This document shows, one piece after another, positions 18,836-27,979 of a stretch of DNA of 64,000 nt. A program made the translations under genes and the position numbers. The DNA lies in NCBI GenBank assembly GCA_030698625.1, contig JAUYMS010000041.1, positions 11,314 to 75,313 on the forward strand. Reading direction: 5' to 3'. This DNA is from Candidatus Omnitrophota bacterium (GTDB lineage: Bacteria > Omnitrophota > Omnitrophia > Omnitrophales > Aquincolibacteriaceae). Every line of letters begins with the position of its first letter. The first letter of the stretch is position 1. The notes below the pieces were generated by a model, which was not told the DNA's origin, ran no database searches, and saw nothing but the letters and a program-made list of their open reading frames with translations.

Positions 18836-19177
18836 TTACGCCGGCGGTTCAAGGAGTTTCATTACAGCTTGCTCAAGGGCGGGAAGTTTTGAAGTAACGA
18901 CATCCCACAAAATGTCGAGGTCTACACCGAAATATTCATGGATCAAAATATCGCGCAAGCTGCCGATCTTCACCCATTCGATATGCGGTTGTTTGCTGCG
19001 CGTTTCATCAGGCAGCTTCTTGACCGCTTCACCCAGAATCTCCAGGTTCCTTACAACGGCATCTGCGGTGCGCATGTCATTTTTAAACTTCGATAGGTCG
19101 TAGCCTTCCGTGTATTGCCGAATGCGTTCTATTGCCTGGAGAATATCTTCGAGATAGACGATTGCATCACGGGGCAT
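18836..19177 (-). CDS. HEPN/DUF86 (HepT-like) ribonuclease toxin
   Basis: DAVVRNLEILGEA and RDILIHEYFGVD (RX4HXY); overlaps the upstream MNT gene. Confidence 0.9.
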   Translation of the reverse strand: MPRDAIVYLEDILQAIERIRQYTEGYDLSKFKNDMRTADAVVRNLEILGEAVKKLPDETRSKQPHIEWVKIGSLRDILIHEYFGVDLDILWDVVTSKLPALEQAVMKLLEPPA

Positions 19178-19454
19178 CGATGAGATCGCCCTCAATGTTT
19201 TTTCGGATTCTCGGTTTGAGGGTGTCGAGGAGTACCAGGTCTACCCGGCATTCAAACAAGCTCTCCAAATCGTGCTTTAAACCCATATAGGCGTCAAAAG
19301 TCTTCGTCTCGAAGGCTACAATAAAATCGAGATCACTTTGATGCGTCATTGCTTGACGGGCGCCTGAGCCGAATAACTGCAGTTTCCGGACACCATATTT
19401 TTTTAATATAGCGCGGTTCTGATGAATTTTGCGGATAATCTCTTGTCGATCCAC
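19167..19454 (-). CDS. Minimal nucleotidyltransferase (MntA-like) antitoxin
   Basis: LFGS.AR......SDLDF (GSX10DXD) and L..LF...VDLV. Confidence 0.9.
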   Translation of the reverse strand: MDRQEIIRKIHQNRAILKKYGVRKLQLFGSGARQAMTHQSDLDFIVAFETKTFDAYMGLKHDLESLFECRVDLVLLDTLKPRIRKNIEGDLIDAP

Positions 19455-19602
19455 GTCTCATATCTCCTAATCATGCACATTCTACGGCACTTAAACGGGC
19501 TACCCTAAGGGCTTATTATACCCTACCCCAGCTATATCTTGAAGCGCTACTGCGCGTAAAGACTCGTTGCCTATAACATGAGGTATGGAGCGCGCCCGGC
19601 GA

Positions 19603-20454
19603 TTAAGCAGAAGCGCTGACCTTCTCGTGAGCCAGGCGGTCTTGAATGACCTTGCCGACGAAGGTAATGGTGGGGTTTCCGTTGCGGTTCGTGCCGTACC
19701 GGACGTTCGAGGTATCGAGGATGATTGAAAGGCCGGGATACAACCTGAGAAGTTCGGCAACGGGGTCGGGTGCTTTGCGAATAAGATCCGCCTTGGGTCC
19801 GTAGTTGATAAGGGCACCGACCAGCACCAGAAGATTCAGAATCAGGTCCGCGGTTATGGGATCCAACTCAGAGACTTCCAGCGCCACGTCCAGCTACCAG
19901 ATGTTGGAACTCACCGGCACGTCCGCATTTCCGAGCAGGCTCACGGCCGCATCTCTGGACGCGATCCTGCTTGCTGTCGAAACGCGTTTCGTATGGGTAT
20001 TCACGCCGGCACGCAGGATCGGGGGCACTTCGTCGGCCACGTACGTGATGCGGCTCAGGATATTTGCATAGGTGTTGAGAGTCTCGGCGAGCCGGGCCGG
20101 CGGAACGTTGATGGGGAGATTCTTGACATTCCCGTTCTCGTCGAGTACCACGGCAATCGAGGCGCCCGAAAGGATAAGGCTTTCGGCCGGCGTCTGGGCC
20201 AGATCACTTGCAAGACGCTTGAGGACCGGTAGTATCAACTGCACATTGTCATAGATTGTCGCCAATTCTTTAGTTAATGTCCGGCGCTCTGTGAGTTCCG
20301 CTGCGAGGCGATCCGCCAGAATTGTCATCGAGCGCACGAGCGTGTCGTTCAGGGTCTCCAGTCCCACGTCTTTCGCCAGCCGGCCTGCTGCGGAGGCAAA
20401 TTCATCACGCGGCACCTCCGGCAGAAGTTCCTGAAGTGCCTGCGGCACTTTTGC
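19603..20454 (-). pseudogene. Probable gene remnant: ORFs 19894..20448 and 19603..19887 share a frame and are separated by one TAG
   Basis: Reads ...SSNIW-TAG-CTG-GAC-GTG(ALEV...). Neither piece has a convincing RBS, and both have protein-like composition. Confidence 0.45.
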
Positions 20455-21360
20455 CTATGCCGACTCACGCAAGATGACTTCCGGCTTGAATTTGATTTGA
20501 GCGGCGCGGCGAAGCTTGCCCGAAATAATGCCGAGAAGGATCTCGACTGCCTTCTTGCCCATGGCCGCGGTAGGTTGCCGAACAGAGGTGAGCGTCGGGC
20601 TCATGACTTCGTTTACCGGCGAGTCGTCAAAACCGGCCACCGCGATCTCGGCAGGTACGTGGATCTTATGCCTTCGAAGAATGCGGATAGCTCCGTGGGC
20701 AATATCGTCGTTGGCGCAGAGGATGACTTCGGGCCGGGCCGCGGCAGTAATGAGGCTTTTCATAATGTCATGGGGCAGGCGCTCGCTGAAATGACTGCTT
20801 TCATAGGTAAAAGCCGGGTCATAAGTCAACTTGAGCCGCCGGAGTCCGTGCTTAAAAGCCTCATAGCGTGCCTTGGCGTCCCGTGAACCCGACTCGGGGC
20901 CTCGAATCATGCCGAATCGGCGGTACCCCTTGCGGCGCAGTTTTTCGAGCAGAGTGAAAATGGCCGTCTCGTTCTCGCAATATAATATGCTGTTGCGAAT
21001 CGTCTTATCGTGATCGTTAACTAGGACAGCCGGCAGGAGTTTAGCTTTCATCATTTCGGAGACAATCCGCGGCAGATGGCGCCAAATAAAAAAGATAATG
21101 CCGTCCACGCGATGGCGCTCGAGAAGGCTCTTGAAAGTGATTTGCTTCTGCTCCCGGTCGCGGACAGGAAGCCATTTCAGATCCCAGCCTGAATGAGGCC
21201 GAAGGCCTTCGAGGACACCGGCGATCAACTCTTCAAAATAGGGACTCCGTGCCGCTTCGGCACGAAACGGAAGCACAATACCGATCGTCCGAATAGGTGC
21301 CCCGCTTTTGTCACCCCTCATAGGACGCCGCCAATCTGAAATTTTCGCCGCATTTGCCAT
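20455..21360 (-). CDS. LacI-type sugar-binding domain protein lacking the N-terminal HTH
   Basis: RTIGIVLP, VDGII, C.NDDIA.G, VAGFDD...PTLTSVRQP and ILRES present; only ~23 aa precede the core. Confidence 0.85.
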   Translation of the reverse strand: MANAAKISDWRRPMRGDKSGAPIRTIGIVLPFRAEAARSPYFEELIAGVLEGLRPHSGWDLKWLPVRDREQKQITFKSLLERHRVDGIIFFIWRHLPRIVSEMMKAKLLPAVLVNDHDKTIRNSILYCENETAIFTLLEKLRRKGYRRFGMIRGPESGSRDAKARYEAFKHGLRRLKLTYDPAFTYESSHFSERLPHDIMKSLITAAARPEVILCANDDIAHGAIRILRRHKIHVPAEIAVAGFDDSPVNEVMSPTLTSVRQPTAAMGKKAVEILLGIISGKLRRAAQIKFKPEVILRESA

Positions 21361-21447
21361 TTTACATTTTCATACTCCGATTTTATATAGAAATCACCCG
21401 ATCTTTTTTGCTATCCGCATTACCGTCCATCCCTTAAAATAGGGCCT

Positions 21448-22077
21448 ATGCCCCATAGATCTAAAACAGGTGTTTTGCTTCTATTATGCCTGGGTGTGGC
21501 CGTAGCGGCCCTCTCGCCTGCCGCGAACTACGAATATGAGCGGTTTTCCTATAAGGACGCGCGCGATACCAAGATGAGGGGGTTTTCTCAAATTCAGCGG
21601 GCTTATGTGAATGAGGCCTCAAAGATATTCAGCGACCTGCAGGTCTGGTTTCGTCTGCCGAACGGCGTTTTAGGAGAAGACGGCCGGATGAGGTTTGAGG
21701 CCACTTTGGAACTCAACTTAGAGATGGAAACGAAGGGCATTAAGCACAGTTACCTTTTTTTTGTTGATGATTTGTTTCTTGATGCGGAGGGTAAGGAGAT
21801 TCCCCTGCTGGCGAAGAGCGCCGGGTTCACCGATGAAAAGGGGCACATCAAGAGTATCGACGGCTATCGCATGACGGCAAAGTATGCGCGATTTGAAATT
21901 GTTACCGGCCTCTCCGCGCCCCTGCCGAGAACCCTGCAGCTGCAATATCGTTTCTTTGTCCGCAAAGGCGAACAGCCCGACCAGCAGATCTACGGAAGTA
22001 TTCCCCTGGAGCTCCATAAGCATCGGCAGAGATCTCTCTCGAATTTGTTCTCCATTTTTAATCCGAAAAAAAATTAA
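21448..22077 (+). CDS. Exported hypothetical protein
   Basis: Signal peptide-like N-terminus; 209-aa ORF; TAAAAT 7 nt upstream of the ATG. Confidence 0.6.
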   Translation: MPHRSKTGVLLLLCLGVAVAALSPAANYEYERFSYKDARDTKMRGFSQIQRAYVNEASKIFSDLQVWFRLPNGVLGEDGRMRFEATLELNLEMETKGIKHSYLFFVDDLFLDAEGKEIPLLAKSAGFTDEKGHIKSIDGYRMTAKYARFEIVTGLSAPLPRTLQLQYRFFVRKGEQPDQQIYGSIPLELHKHRQRSLSNLFSIFNPKKN

Positions 22078-23171
22078 TCGCGGTGGGTTTGGATCTGTGA
22101 GGCCCTGAGCCCGAAGCGTTCGCGCAGGCCGCGCGTTGCATTCAATAGGGGCAGGAGCCACGCGGGAGCCGGCGATAAGTACAGGCGTTTCACGTGCTCG
22201 CGAACGACGCAGGTGACTACAGTCTTCAGCATGAAGGCGAACGAAAGCCGCCTCTTTTCTTTTTCGACGGCAACTTCCTTTTCGCCCGGCAATAGCGGCA
22301 GGTCGTGCTTGGCGAGCCCCCAATCGGGCCCATTCGGGTGGAAGCTAGCCGATTTGTCGCCGAAGATATCGTAGTTTTTTTTGCGGGCCGTACGGGCCGT
22401 CAAGGAAGGCTTCACGTGTTCCAGATGGTAGAAATCGACACCGGTAATGCCGCTTAGATTGACCAGCGGGTATTTCTCTTCGAGCCGATAACCCAGGTCT
22501 GTTTCCATCCACCCCCAATAGATAAAGCGTTCGTCATAGCCCCCGCATTCCGCCCACAGATCGCGGTGCAGTACCATGATTCCGGTCGGCGCATTAAACC
22601 AGGGATTGTAATTGAACTCCTCAACGGGCAGTTGTCCTTTAAAGCAGTTGAGGAAGGTCACGACGTCGGTGAAGGCGCCACAGCGCACGGCAAATTCATA
22701 GGGCATCATTCGGCGCAGGGCAAAAAGAAAACAGGCTTCAGGGTTTACTCCGAACGGCGTGTTGCCGTCGACAAAATCGAAAAACCGCTTTAGGAAAGCG
22801 CGTCCGACCAGGGTGTCTTGGTCGATGCGGCCGATGTAATCCCCGCTCGCCCTTCTTACGACAGCGTTCAGGGCCAAGACCTCGGGAAACGGGCTGTCTT
22901 TCTGCACGCTCGCTGCCAGTTCCGGTGAGACCTCGAGGAACCGCACCATACGCCTGGCCGCGCTGCCGAGCTCCGCTTCTTTGCGGAGCGGAACCTCACT
23001 GGCCCAATCGGAGACAATCACGTCGACCCTGCCCTCCAGGCCCAAAGCCTCTACATTCCGGGCTAGATAGTTCAGAGCTGTCTGTAGACGCCAGCGCGGC
23101 TTACCCATATACCGGTCATTCCGGGAGCACAGGATAAAAGTGAGGGTTTTCGGGCTTTCTGAGCGGGACAT
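22074..23171 (-). CDS. GT-A fold glycosyltransferase (GT2-like with GT7-C-like motif)
   Basis: VSDWAS, N...RRA.GDYI..IDQD (DXD) and GGYDERF..WG..E.DL. Confidence 0.75.
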   Translation of the reverse strand: MSRSESPKTLTFILCSRNDRYMGKPRWRLQTALNYLARNVEALGLEGRVDVIVSDWASEVPLRKEAELGSAARRMVRFLEVSPELAASVQKDSPFPEVLALNAVVRRASGDYIGRIDQDTLVGRAFLKRFFDFVDGNTPFGVNPEACFLFALRRMMPYEFAVRCGAFTDVVTFLNCFKGQLPVEEFNYNPWFNAPTGIMVLHRDLWAECGGYDERFIYWGWMETDLGYRLEEKYPLVNLSGITGVDFYHLEHVKPSLTARTARKKNYDIFGDKSASFHPNGPDWGLAKHDLPLLPGEKEVAVEKEKRRLSFAFMLKTVVTCVVREHVKRLYLSPAPAWLLPLLNATRGLRERFGLRASQIQTHRD

Positions 23172-23302
23172 CGGGCAATTATAGCACACGGGCGACCGCG
23201 GGAACGTCCGATAATATTCTATGATTATAATTGATAAAACTTTGCCTCCCCCCTTGCGCTAGGGTAGGCCACCGGGTAGTCTTCTTTTAAGCACTTAATT
23301 AG

Positions 23303-23387
23303 TTTTGAAACGAAAGGGCAACCCCGTCGTGAGGCGGGCGCGCAAAGTTAGAGGTCCCTTTGGGACGGCTCAACTACCGAAATCAAA
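23303..23387 (+). ncRNA. Cyclic di-GMP-I (GEMM-I) riboswitch
   Basis: AAGGGCAA-CCCCGUC-GUGA-GGCGGG (GNRA-capped P2), GCGCAAAG junction, P3 GUU..GUCCC-UUU-GGGAC..AAC, then UACCG. Promoter TTGCGC-17-TAGTCT at 23254-23282. Confidence 0.85.
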
Positions 23388-24121
23388 TGAAAGATAATCT
23401 GCTCCACGGTTCTTGCGTTTTTAGTGCTACGGCTGCCCTCGTCCTTCTTGTTATCCCCTTTGCTGTCTTAGCTGAATCCGGTATTTCTGAATTGGACCAT
23501 ACATTCCAAGAAGAGCAATTACTTGCGTCTAATACGATTGCGGCCCCGCTGGTCACAGCCGGCCGCATGGCGGAGCCCGCGATCGCCATCGAGGGAATGT
23601 CTCTTTTAGCGAAACCGCTTACGACCGGTCACCAAGGAGCGCTCGATTATCAGGGCATTGCCGAACACGGCGTAAGGATTCAATTCCGTCAAATCAAGGA
23701 ACCCGTTGCTTTCTTCTGGGTTTTTGATGAACCCGTGGACCTGAGCGATCGTTGGGTTCGTGTTTATTATGCGGGCCCCATCGTACCGAACCGCCTACAG
23801 CTCAAGCTCGACCACGCCGAAGTCCGGCTCGACGGCGCCTTTGACATTTATCTCGAAAACTCGACTTGGACCCAAACAGTTTTCTTCAAGCTTCCGCGCA
23901 AGAAGACTTTCGAAGCCATCGATTCGCTGCGCCTCGTAGCGAACCCGGGGCTTCTTAAGAACAGCAGCGCGGATTTTTGGATTTTAGAAGTAGAAGTACT
24001 CCCCGAGGGTAACGATCCTTTGGGGGGAGTGTCGGATCTGTCCAGATTCGAATGGTATGACCGGCCATTCCGGCCGGACAACCACATAGGCATTAACTCA
24101 ACGCATTACAAAGCAACATGA
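23387..24121 (+). CDS. Secreted protein with a possible single CBM-like beta-sandwich domain, under riboswitch control
   Basis: Start moved to ATG 23387, after the riboswitch. Signal peptide ending VLA-E; FWVFDEPVDLS...LQLKLD...FKLP...IDSLRL pattern. Confidence 0.6.
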   Translation: MKDNLLHGSCVFSATAALVLLVIPFAVLAESGISELDHTFQEEQLLASNTIAAPLVTAGRMAEPAIAIEGMSLLAKPLTTGHQGALDYQGIAEHGVRIQFRQIKEPVAFFWVFDEPVDLSDRWVRVYYAGPIVPNRLQLKLDHAEVRLDGAFDIYLENSTWTQTVFFKLPRKKTFEAIDSLRLVANPGLLKNSSADFWILEVEVLPEGNDPLGGVSDLSRFEWYDRPFRPDNHIGINSTHYKAT

Positions 24122-24186
24122 CACTGCGCATTACCCAACCAGCCAAGGCATTATCCCGCCTTGTTTTACAACGTGGAGGAAGTACT

Positions 24187-24270
24187 ATGATCAACTTTAA
24201 TTGGATTATCAATTTAGCGACTATCTCCAACACCCCGCAACCAAAGCCCCGCACGAAGAGAAGGTCTTAA
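24187..24270 (+). CDS. Candidate 27-aa small ORF MINFNWIINLATISNTPQPKPRTKRRS
   Basis: GGAGGA 6 nt before the ATG; ends just before a terminator. Confidence 0.3.
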   Translation: MINFNWIINLATISNTPQPKPRTKRRS

Positions 24271-24289
24271 CGGTTTTCATACGGTAAAT

Positions 24290-24337
24290 AAAAAACGGGC
24301 AAGGCTGCGTTAGGTAACGCGGCTTTGCCCGTTTTTT
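24290..24337. terminator. Bidirectional intrinsic terminator between the convergent riboswitch unit and hup
   Basis: AAAAAACGGGCAAGGCTGCGTTA-GG-TAACGCGGCTTTGCCCGTTTTTT. Confidence 0.85.
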
Positions 24338-24355
24338 CATCCGCGAAATACGTTC

Positions 24356-24628
24356 TTAATTCACAGACTTTTTCAGATCAGAACCTGCGGAAAAAGCAGG
24401 AACTTTGCGAGCCTTGATCTGGATGGTTTCGCCGGTCTTCGGATTACGGCCCGTACGAGCCTTTCTCTTCTTAACCGAGAAGCTACCAAAACCCACCAAA
24501 GACACCTTATTACCCTTTTTTAGCGATACCTTAATCGCGTCAAAAGTGACATTCAGAGATTCCCACGCTTTCGCTTTGGAAACCTTGGTTCTCTTGGCAA
24601 TTTCGTTTGCAAGGTCAGCTTTATTCAT
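24356..24628 (-). CDS. hup: DNA-binding protein HU
   Basis: MNKADL, V.LVGFGSF, R.ARTGRNPKTGE.I.I.A..VP.F. Confidence 0.97.
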   Translation of the reverse strand: MNKADLANEIAKRTKVSKAKAWESLNVTFDAIKVSLKKGNKVSLVGFGSFSVKKRKARTGRNPKTGETIQIKARKVPAFSAGSDLKKSVN

Positions 24629-24666
24629 TTAAATCACCCCCTCTCCTTCTGCTAGATTTAACACCA

Positions 24667-25668
24667 CTAATACTGCTTCCACTCTTCGTGCGCGTCGCGG
24701 GCCAGCAAATCCCCTACGGCCGAGCGCGCATCCTTGTCCTCGAAAAGAAGTTTATAGACTTCTCCCATGACCGGCAGGTCCACTCCCAAGCGCGTGGCGA
24801 GTTCATGCACGCTGGCAGCGGTATCTACACCTTCGGCCACCATTTCCATACTCGCCAGGATATCTTTAATTTTCTTGCCTTCGCCGAGCTCGCGTCCCAC
24901 GCGCAGGTTTCGGCCGTGCTTCGAAAAACAGGTTGTGACCAAATCGCCCATTCCCGAAAGGCCGAAAAAAGTATTCGGGTTCGCTCCCATACGAATCCCC
25001 AATCGCGCCATTTCCAGTAAGCCGCGCGAAAGAAGACCGGCCTTGGTGTTGTCGCCGAACTTCAAGCCGTCGCAAACGCCCGCGGCAATTGCGATCACGT
25101 TCTTTAAGGCCCCGCCCAGTTCCACGCCGACAATATCGGTTTGCACGTAAATACGAAAATACGGGTTGAGCAATGCCTGCTGCACTTTTGCCGCAACACC
25201 GCGGTCGCTCGAAGCCGCTACGATCAAGGTCGGCATGTTGCGTGCGACTTCTTCGGCGTGCGACGGTCCGGAAATTACGACGAGATTAATCTTCTCGCCC
25301 AACACGCTCAAGATAATCTCCGAAGGCCTGAGGCAGGTCTTCTTCTCAATCCCTTTGGCAACACTGACGAAGATCTTCTTGCTGTAGTCGAGATCCTTAA
25401 TCTTGTGGAGGACATTGCGCAGGTACTGCGTGGGAATGGCTAAGATAACGATTTCACCGAACTCGATGGCGCTCGTGATGTTTGTTTCGATCTGAATTTT
25501 TTCGGGCAGCTCGACGCCGGGCAGGAATTTAACGTTCTCGCGCTTTTCGCGCAGAACTTTGGCATACTCGGGGAACGCCGACCAGAGGACGACGTCATTT
25601 TTATTTCTGTCAGAAACAACGGCTAATGCGGTTCCCCAACCGCCGTCACCAAGTACCGCTATCTTCAT
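24667..25668 (-). CDS. gpsA: NAD(P)H-dependent glycerol-3-phosphate dehydrogenase
   Basis: G.GGWGTALA, SGPSHAEEV, GGALKNVIAIAAG, GDLVTTC.S..GRN. Confidence 0.97.
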   Translation of the reverse strand: MKIAVLGDGGWGTALAVVSDRNKNDVVLWSAFPEYAKVLREKRENVKFLPGVELPEKIQIETNITSAIEFGEIVILAIPTQYLRNVLHKIKDLDYSKKIFVSVAKGIEKKTCLRPSEIILSVLGEKINLVVISGPSHAEEVARNMPTLIVAASSDRGVAAKVQQALLNPYFRIYVQTDIVGVELGGALKNVIAIAAGVCDGLKFGDNTKAGLLSRGLLEMARLGIRMGANPNTFFGLSGMGDLVTTCFSKHGRNLRVGRELGEGKKIKDILASMEMVAEGVDTAASVHELATRLGVDLPVMGEVYKLLFEDKDARSAVGDLLARDAHEEWKQY

Positions 25669-25784
25669 CTTGGACTCACCTTTGAGCTTAAATAAGATTA
25701 ACGGAATATGCTGAAACCCTTGCAGGACAAGGCTCCTACGAGGGATTCTTTATAACACGGAATGTGGGGCGGGTCAAAACAAAA

Positions 25785-26201
25785 TTAGGCGAGCAGAACA
25801 AAAGTTTTTACGTTTTCCCGGACTCTCGGAGGCACTGAAATCGGCCGCATTGAGTCGTTGACAAAAACGTGGACTGTGAATCCGGTCGCGATCAATTTTG
25901 CTTCGTCACCCTTCGGGAAAACACGGTACTCAAATCGCATCGAACTGCGTCTCAGGAGACTGACACTGGTTCGCACCACGAGAAGGTCGTCATAAGTCGA
26001 TGATGAGTGGTACTTTGCCTGAGCTTCGACAACCGGCAGGTAGATTCCCTCTTTTTCACAGTCTGTATAGGGTAACCCCAAGGCACGGAAATACTCGGTA
26101 CGGGCGGCCTCGAACCAAAGAAAATAGTTCGCGTAATAGCTTACTGCCATCTTGTCGGTGTCTGAGTAGCGCACGCGGTATTCGTAATCGAAGTAATTCA
26201 T
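25785..26201 (-). CDS. YbgC/FadM-family acyl-CoA thioesterase
   Basis: RVRYSDTD.M...YYANY..WFE.AR.E. Confidence 0.9.
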   Translation of the reverse strand: MNYFDYEYRVRYSDTDKMAVSYYANYFLWFEAARTEYFRALGLPYTDCEKEGIYLPVVEAQAKYHSSSTYDDLLVVRTSVSLLRRSSMRFEYRVFPKGDEAKLIATGFTVHVFVNDSMRPISVPPRVRENVKTFVLLA

Positions 26202-26267
26202 AGGAGGTTGTTCACAATTCACAAGAAAGCGGTGACTTTACGTCAATTTTTAAGGTCGCAGAAGGCC

Positions 26268-27398
26268 TCAGAGAGACTCCTTGAGGCGGGCAAAAAAGGG
26301 TTTCTTTTTGTTCGCTGCGGATTCGCTGCGAAGTTTCGCATACTCTTTAAGCAATTTTCGTTCCTCTTCGCTGATCTTGGACGGAACTTCAATCTCCACG
26401 CGCGCATACTCGTCGCCCCGAACATTCGGGTTCCCGAGCTGGGGTAACCCCTCGCCCTTCACCTTGATGATCTTTCCGGAGGGCGTACCCCCCTCGATCT
26501 TGATCTTGGTCTCTCCGGTAAGCGTGGGCACGGTCACTTCTCCGCCTAAAACAGCTGCGGTGTAGGGCACCAGGACTTCGCAATAGAGGTCGTTTTCCCG
26601 CCTTTGAAAACCCTTATGATCTTCGATTTCTATGCGCACATAAAGGTCGCCGCGCGGTCCGCCGCCCGTGCCGGCTTCCCCCTCGCCGACTACCTTCAGA
26701 CGGGAATGGTCATGAATACCGGCGGGCACTTTTACGCTGAGCTTTCGCGTCTGGCGTACCTGCCCCTGCCCTTCGCAAACGTGACATTGTTTTTCAATGC
26801 GCTCCCCCGCACCCTGACATTTGGGGCAAGTGCGGCGAAGTGTAAAGAATCCTTGAGATACCCTTATCTCACCGTGACCACCGCAATCTTTGCACGGGGT
26901 TTTTTTTGAACCCGGCGCTGCACCGCTGCCTTTACAATCCGAACAGGTTTCGCGGCGCGGAATCTCCAATTTCACTTCACGGCCGTCCAAGACATCTTCG
27001 AGTGTGATCGGGCAGAGCATTTCGAGATGGGAACCCCGTCTCGGACGGCTGCCACCCCCACGACCGCGTCCACCTCCGCTTCCGCCAAAGAAGTCTTCGA
27101 AGAGATCGCCGAAGATGTCGCCGAAACCGCTGAAGTTGTCGGCAAAATCTTCAAAGCCTTGAAAGCCGCGGCCCCCTAGAGAATGTCCAAACTGGTCATA
27201 CTGCGCCCGCTTCTCGGCATCGCTTAAAACAGCGTAAGCTTCGGCCGCTTCTTTGAAGTTCTCTTCGGCATGCGGATCATCCGGATTATGGTCCGGGTGG
27301 TATTTCAGGGCAACTTTACGGTAGGATTTCTTGATTTCGTCAGGGGTGGCGCTGCGGGCAACACCGAGCACCTCATAATAATCGCGTTTGTTTGCCAT
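26268..27398 (-). CDS. dnaJ: Chaperone DnaJ
   Basis: J-domain HPD, G/F-rich region, four CxxCxGxG repeats. Confidence 0.98.
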   Translation of the reverse strand: MANKRDYYEVLGVARSATPDEIKKSYRKVALKYHPDHNPDDPHAEENFKEAAEAYAVLSDAEKRAQYDQFGHSLGGRGFQGFEDFADNFSGFGDIFGDLFEDFFGGSGGGRGRGGGSRPRRGSHLEMLCPITLEDVLDGREVKLEIPRRETCSDCKGSGAAPGSKKTPCKDCGGHGEIRVSQGFFTLRRTCPKCQGAGERIEKQCHVCEGQGQVRQTRKLSVKVPAGIHDHSRLKVVGEGEAGTGGGPRGDLYVRIEIEDHKGFQRRENDLYCEVLVPYTAAVLGGEVTVPTLTGETKIKIEGGTPSGKIIKVKGEGLPQLGNPNVRGDEYARVEIEVPSKISEEERKLLKEYAKLRSESAANKKKPFFARLKESL

Positions 27399-27406
27399 GG
27401 GGAGTT

Positions 27407-27979
27407 TTACTTTTTCTTGGGAGCGACTCTAACGCGCACCTTCGCGGCACGCAGAAGGCGGTCGTGAATCATGTAGCCGGGCTCGATTTCGTCGACGATC
27501 GTATCTTCCTTGCCTTCTTCTTCGACGTAACCGACGGCCTCGTGCAGATGAGGGTCAAAGGCGGCGTCCTTGGTTTCGAGCCGCTTGAGCCCCTGAATCT
27601 TAAGAATGTCGGCAAGTTGTTTGTAGACCATTTCTACGCCTGAGACAAGCGCTTCCTGCCCCGGAGACTCTTTGGCGTGCTGAAGGGCTCGCTCAAAGTT
27701 GGCTAACACGTTCAGCAACGACCGAAGTAAACTTTCCTGTCCGAATTTTAGGAAATCTTCCCGGTCACGGGCGAGCCTCTTTTTGGCGTTTTCGAAATCA
27801 GCGGCAGAGCGAAGGAATTTATCCTTGTGTTCTTCCAGCTCTTTGATAGCGCTCAAAAGCTCTTCATACTCTTTGTGTTCGAGCACGACTTCTTTTGGTG
27901 TGTCCGAAACTTCTTGCGGCTTGTCGGTGACTTCTTCAGGCTTGTCCGCATCTTCTTTGACTTCGTCTTTTGGGGTCAC
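27407..27979 (-). CDS. grpE: Nucleotide exchange factor GrpE
   Basis: R..ADFEN.KKR, FDP.LHEAV, GY...DRLLRAA.V.V. Confidence 0.96.
   Translation of the reverse strand: MTPKDEVKEDADKPEEVTDKPQEVSDTPKEVVLEHKEYEELLSAIKELEEHKDKFLRSAADFENAKKRLARDREDFLKFGQESLLRSLLNVLANFERALQHAKESPGQEALVSGVEMVYKQLADILKIQGLKRLETKDAAFDPHLHEAVGYVEEEGKEDTIVDEIEPGYMIHDRLLRAAKVRVRVAPKKK

Noticed and set aside
19500-19817. 105-aa alternative-frame ORF
   Set aside because: It overlaps the 19603..19887 frame and has no RBS or recognisable motif.
19603-21360. Genome-wide TAG recoding
   Set aside because: Conserved genes here (for example rplM, truA, asd, argB) end at TAG at their expected lengths.
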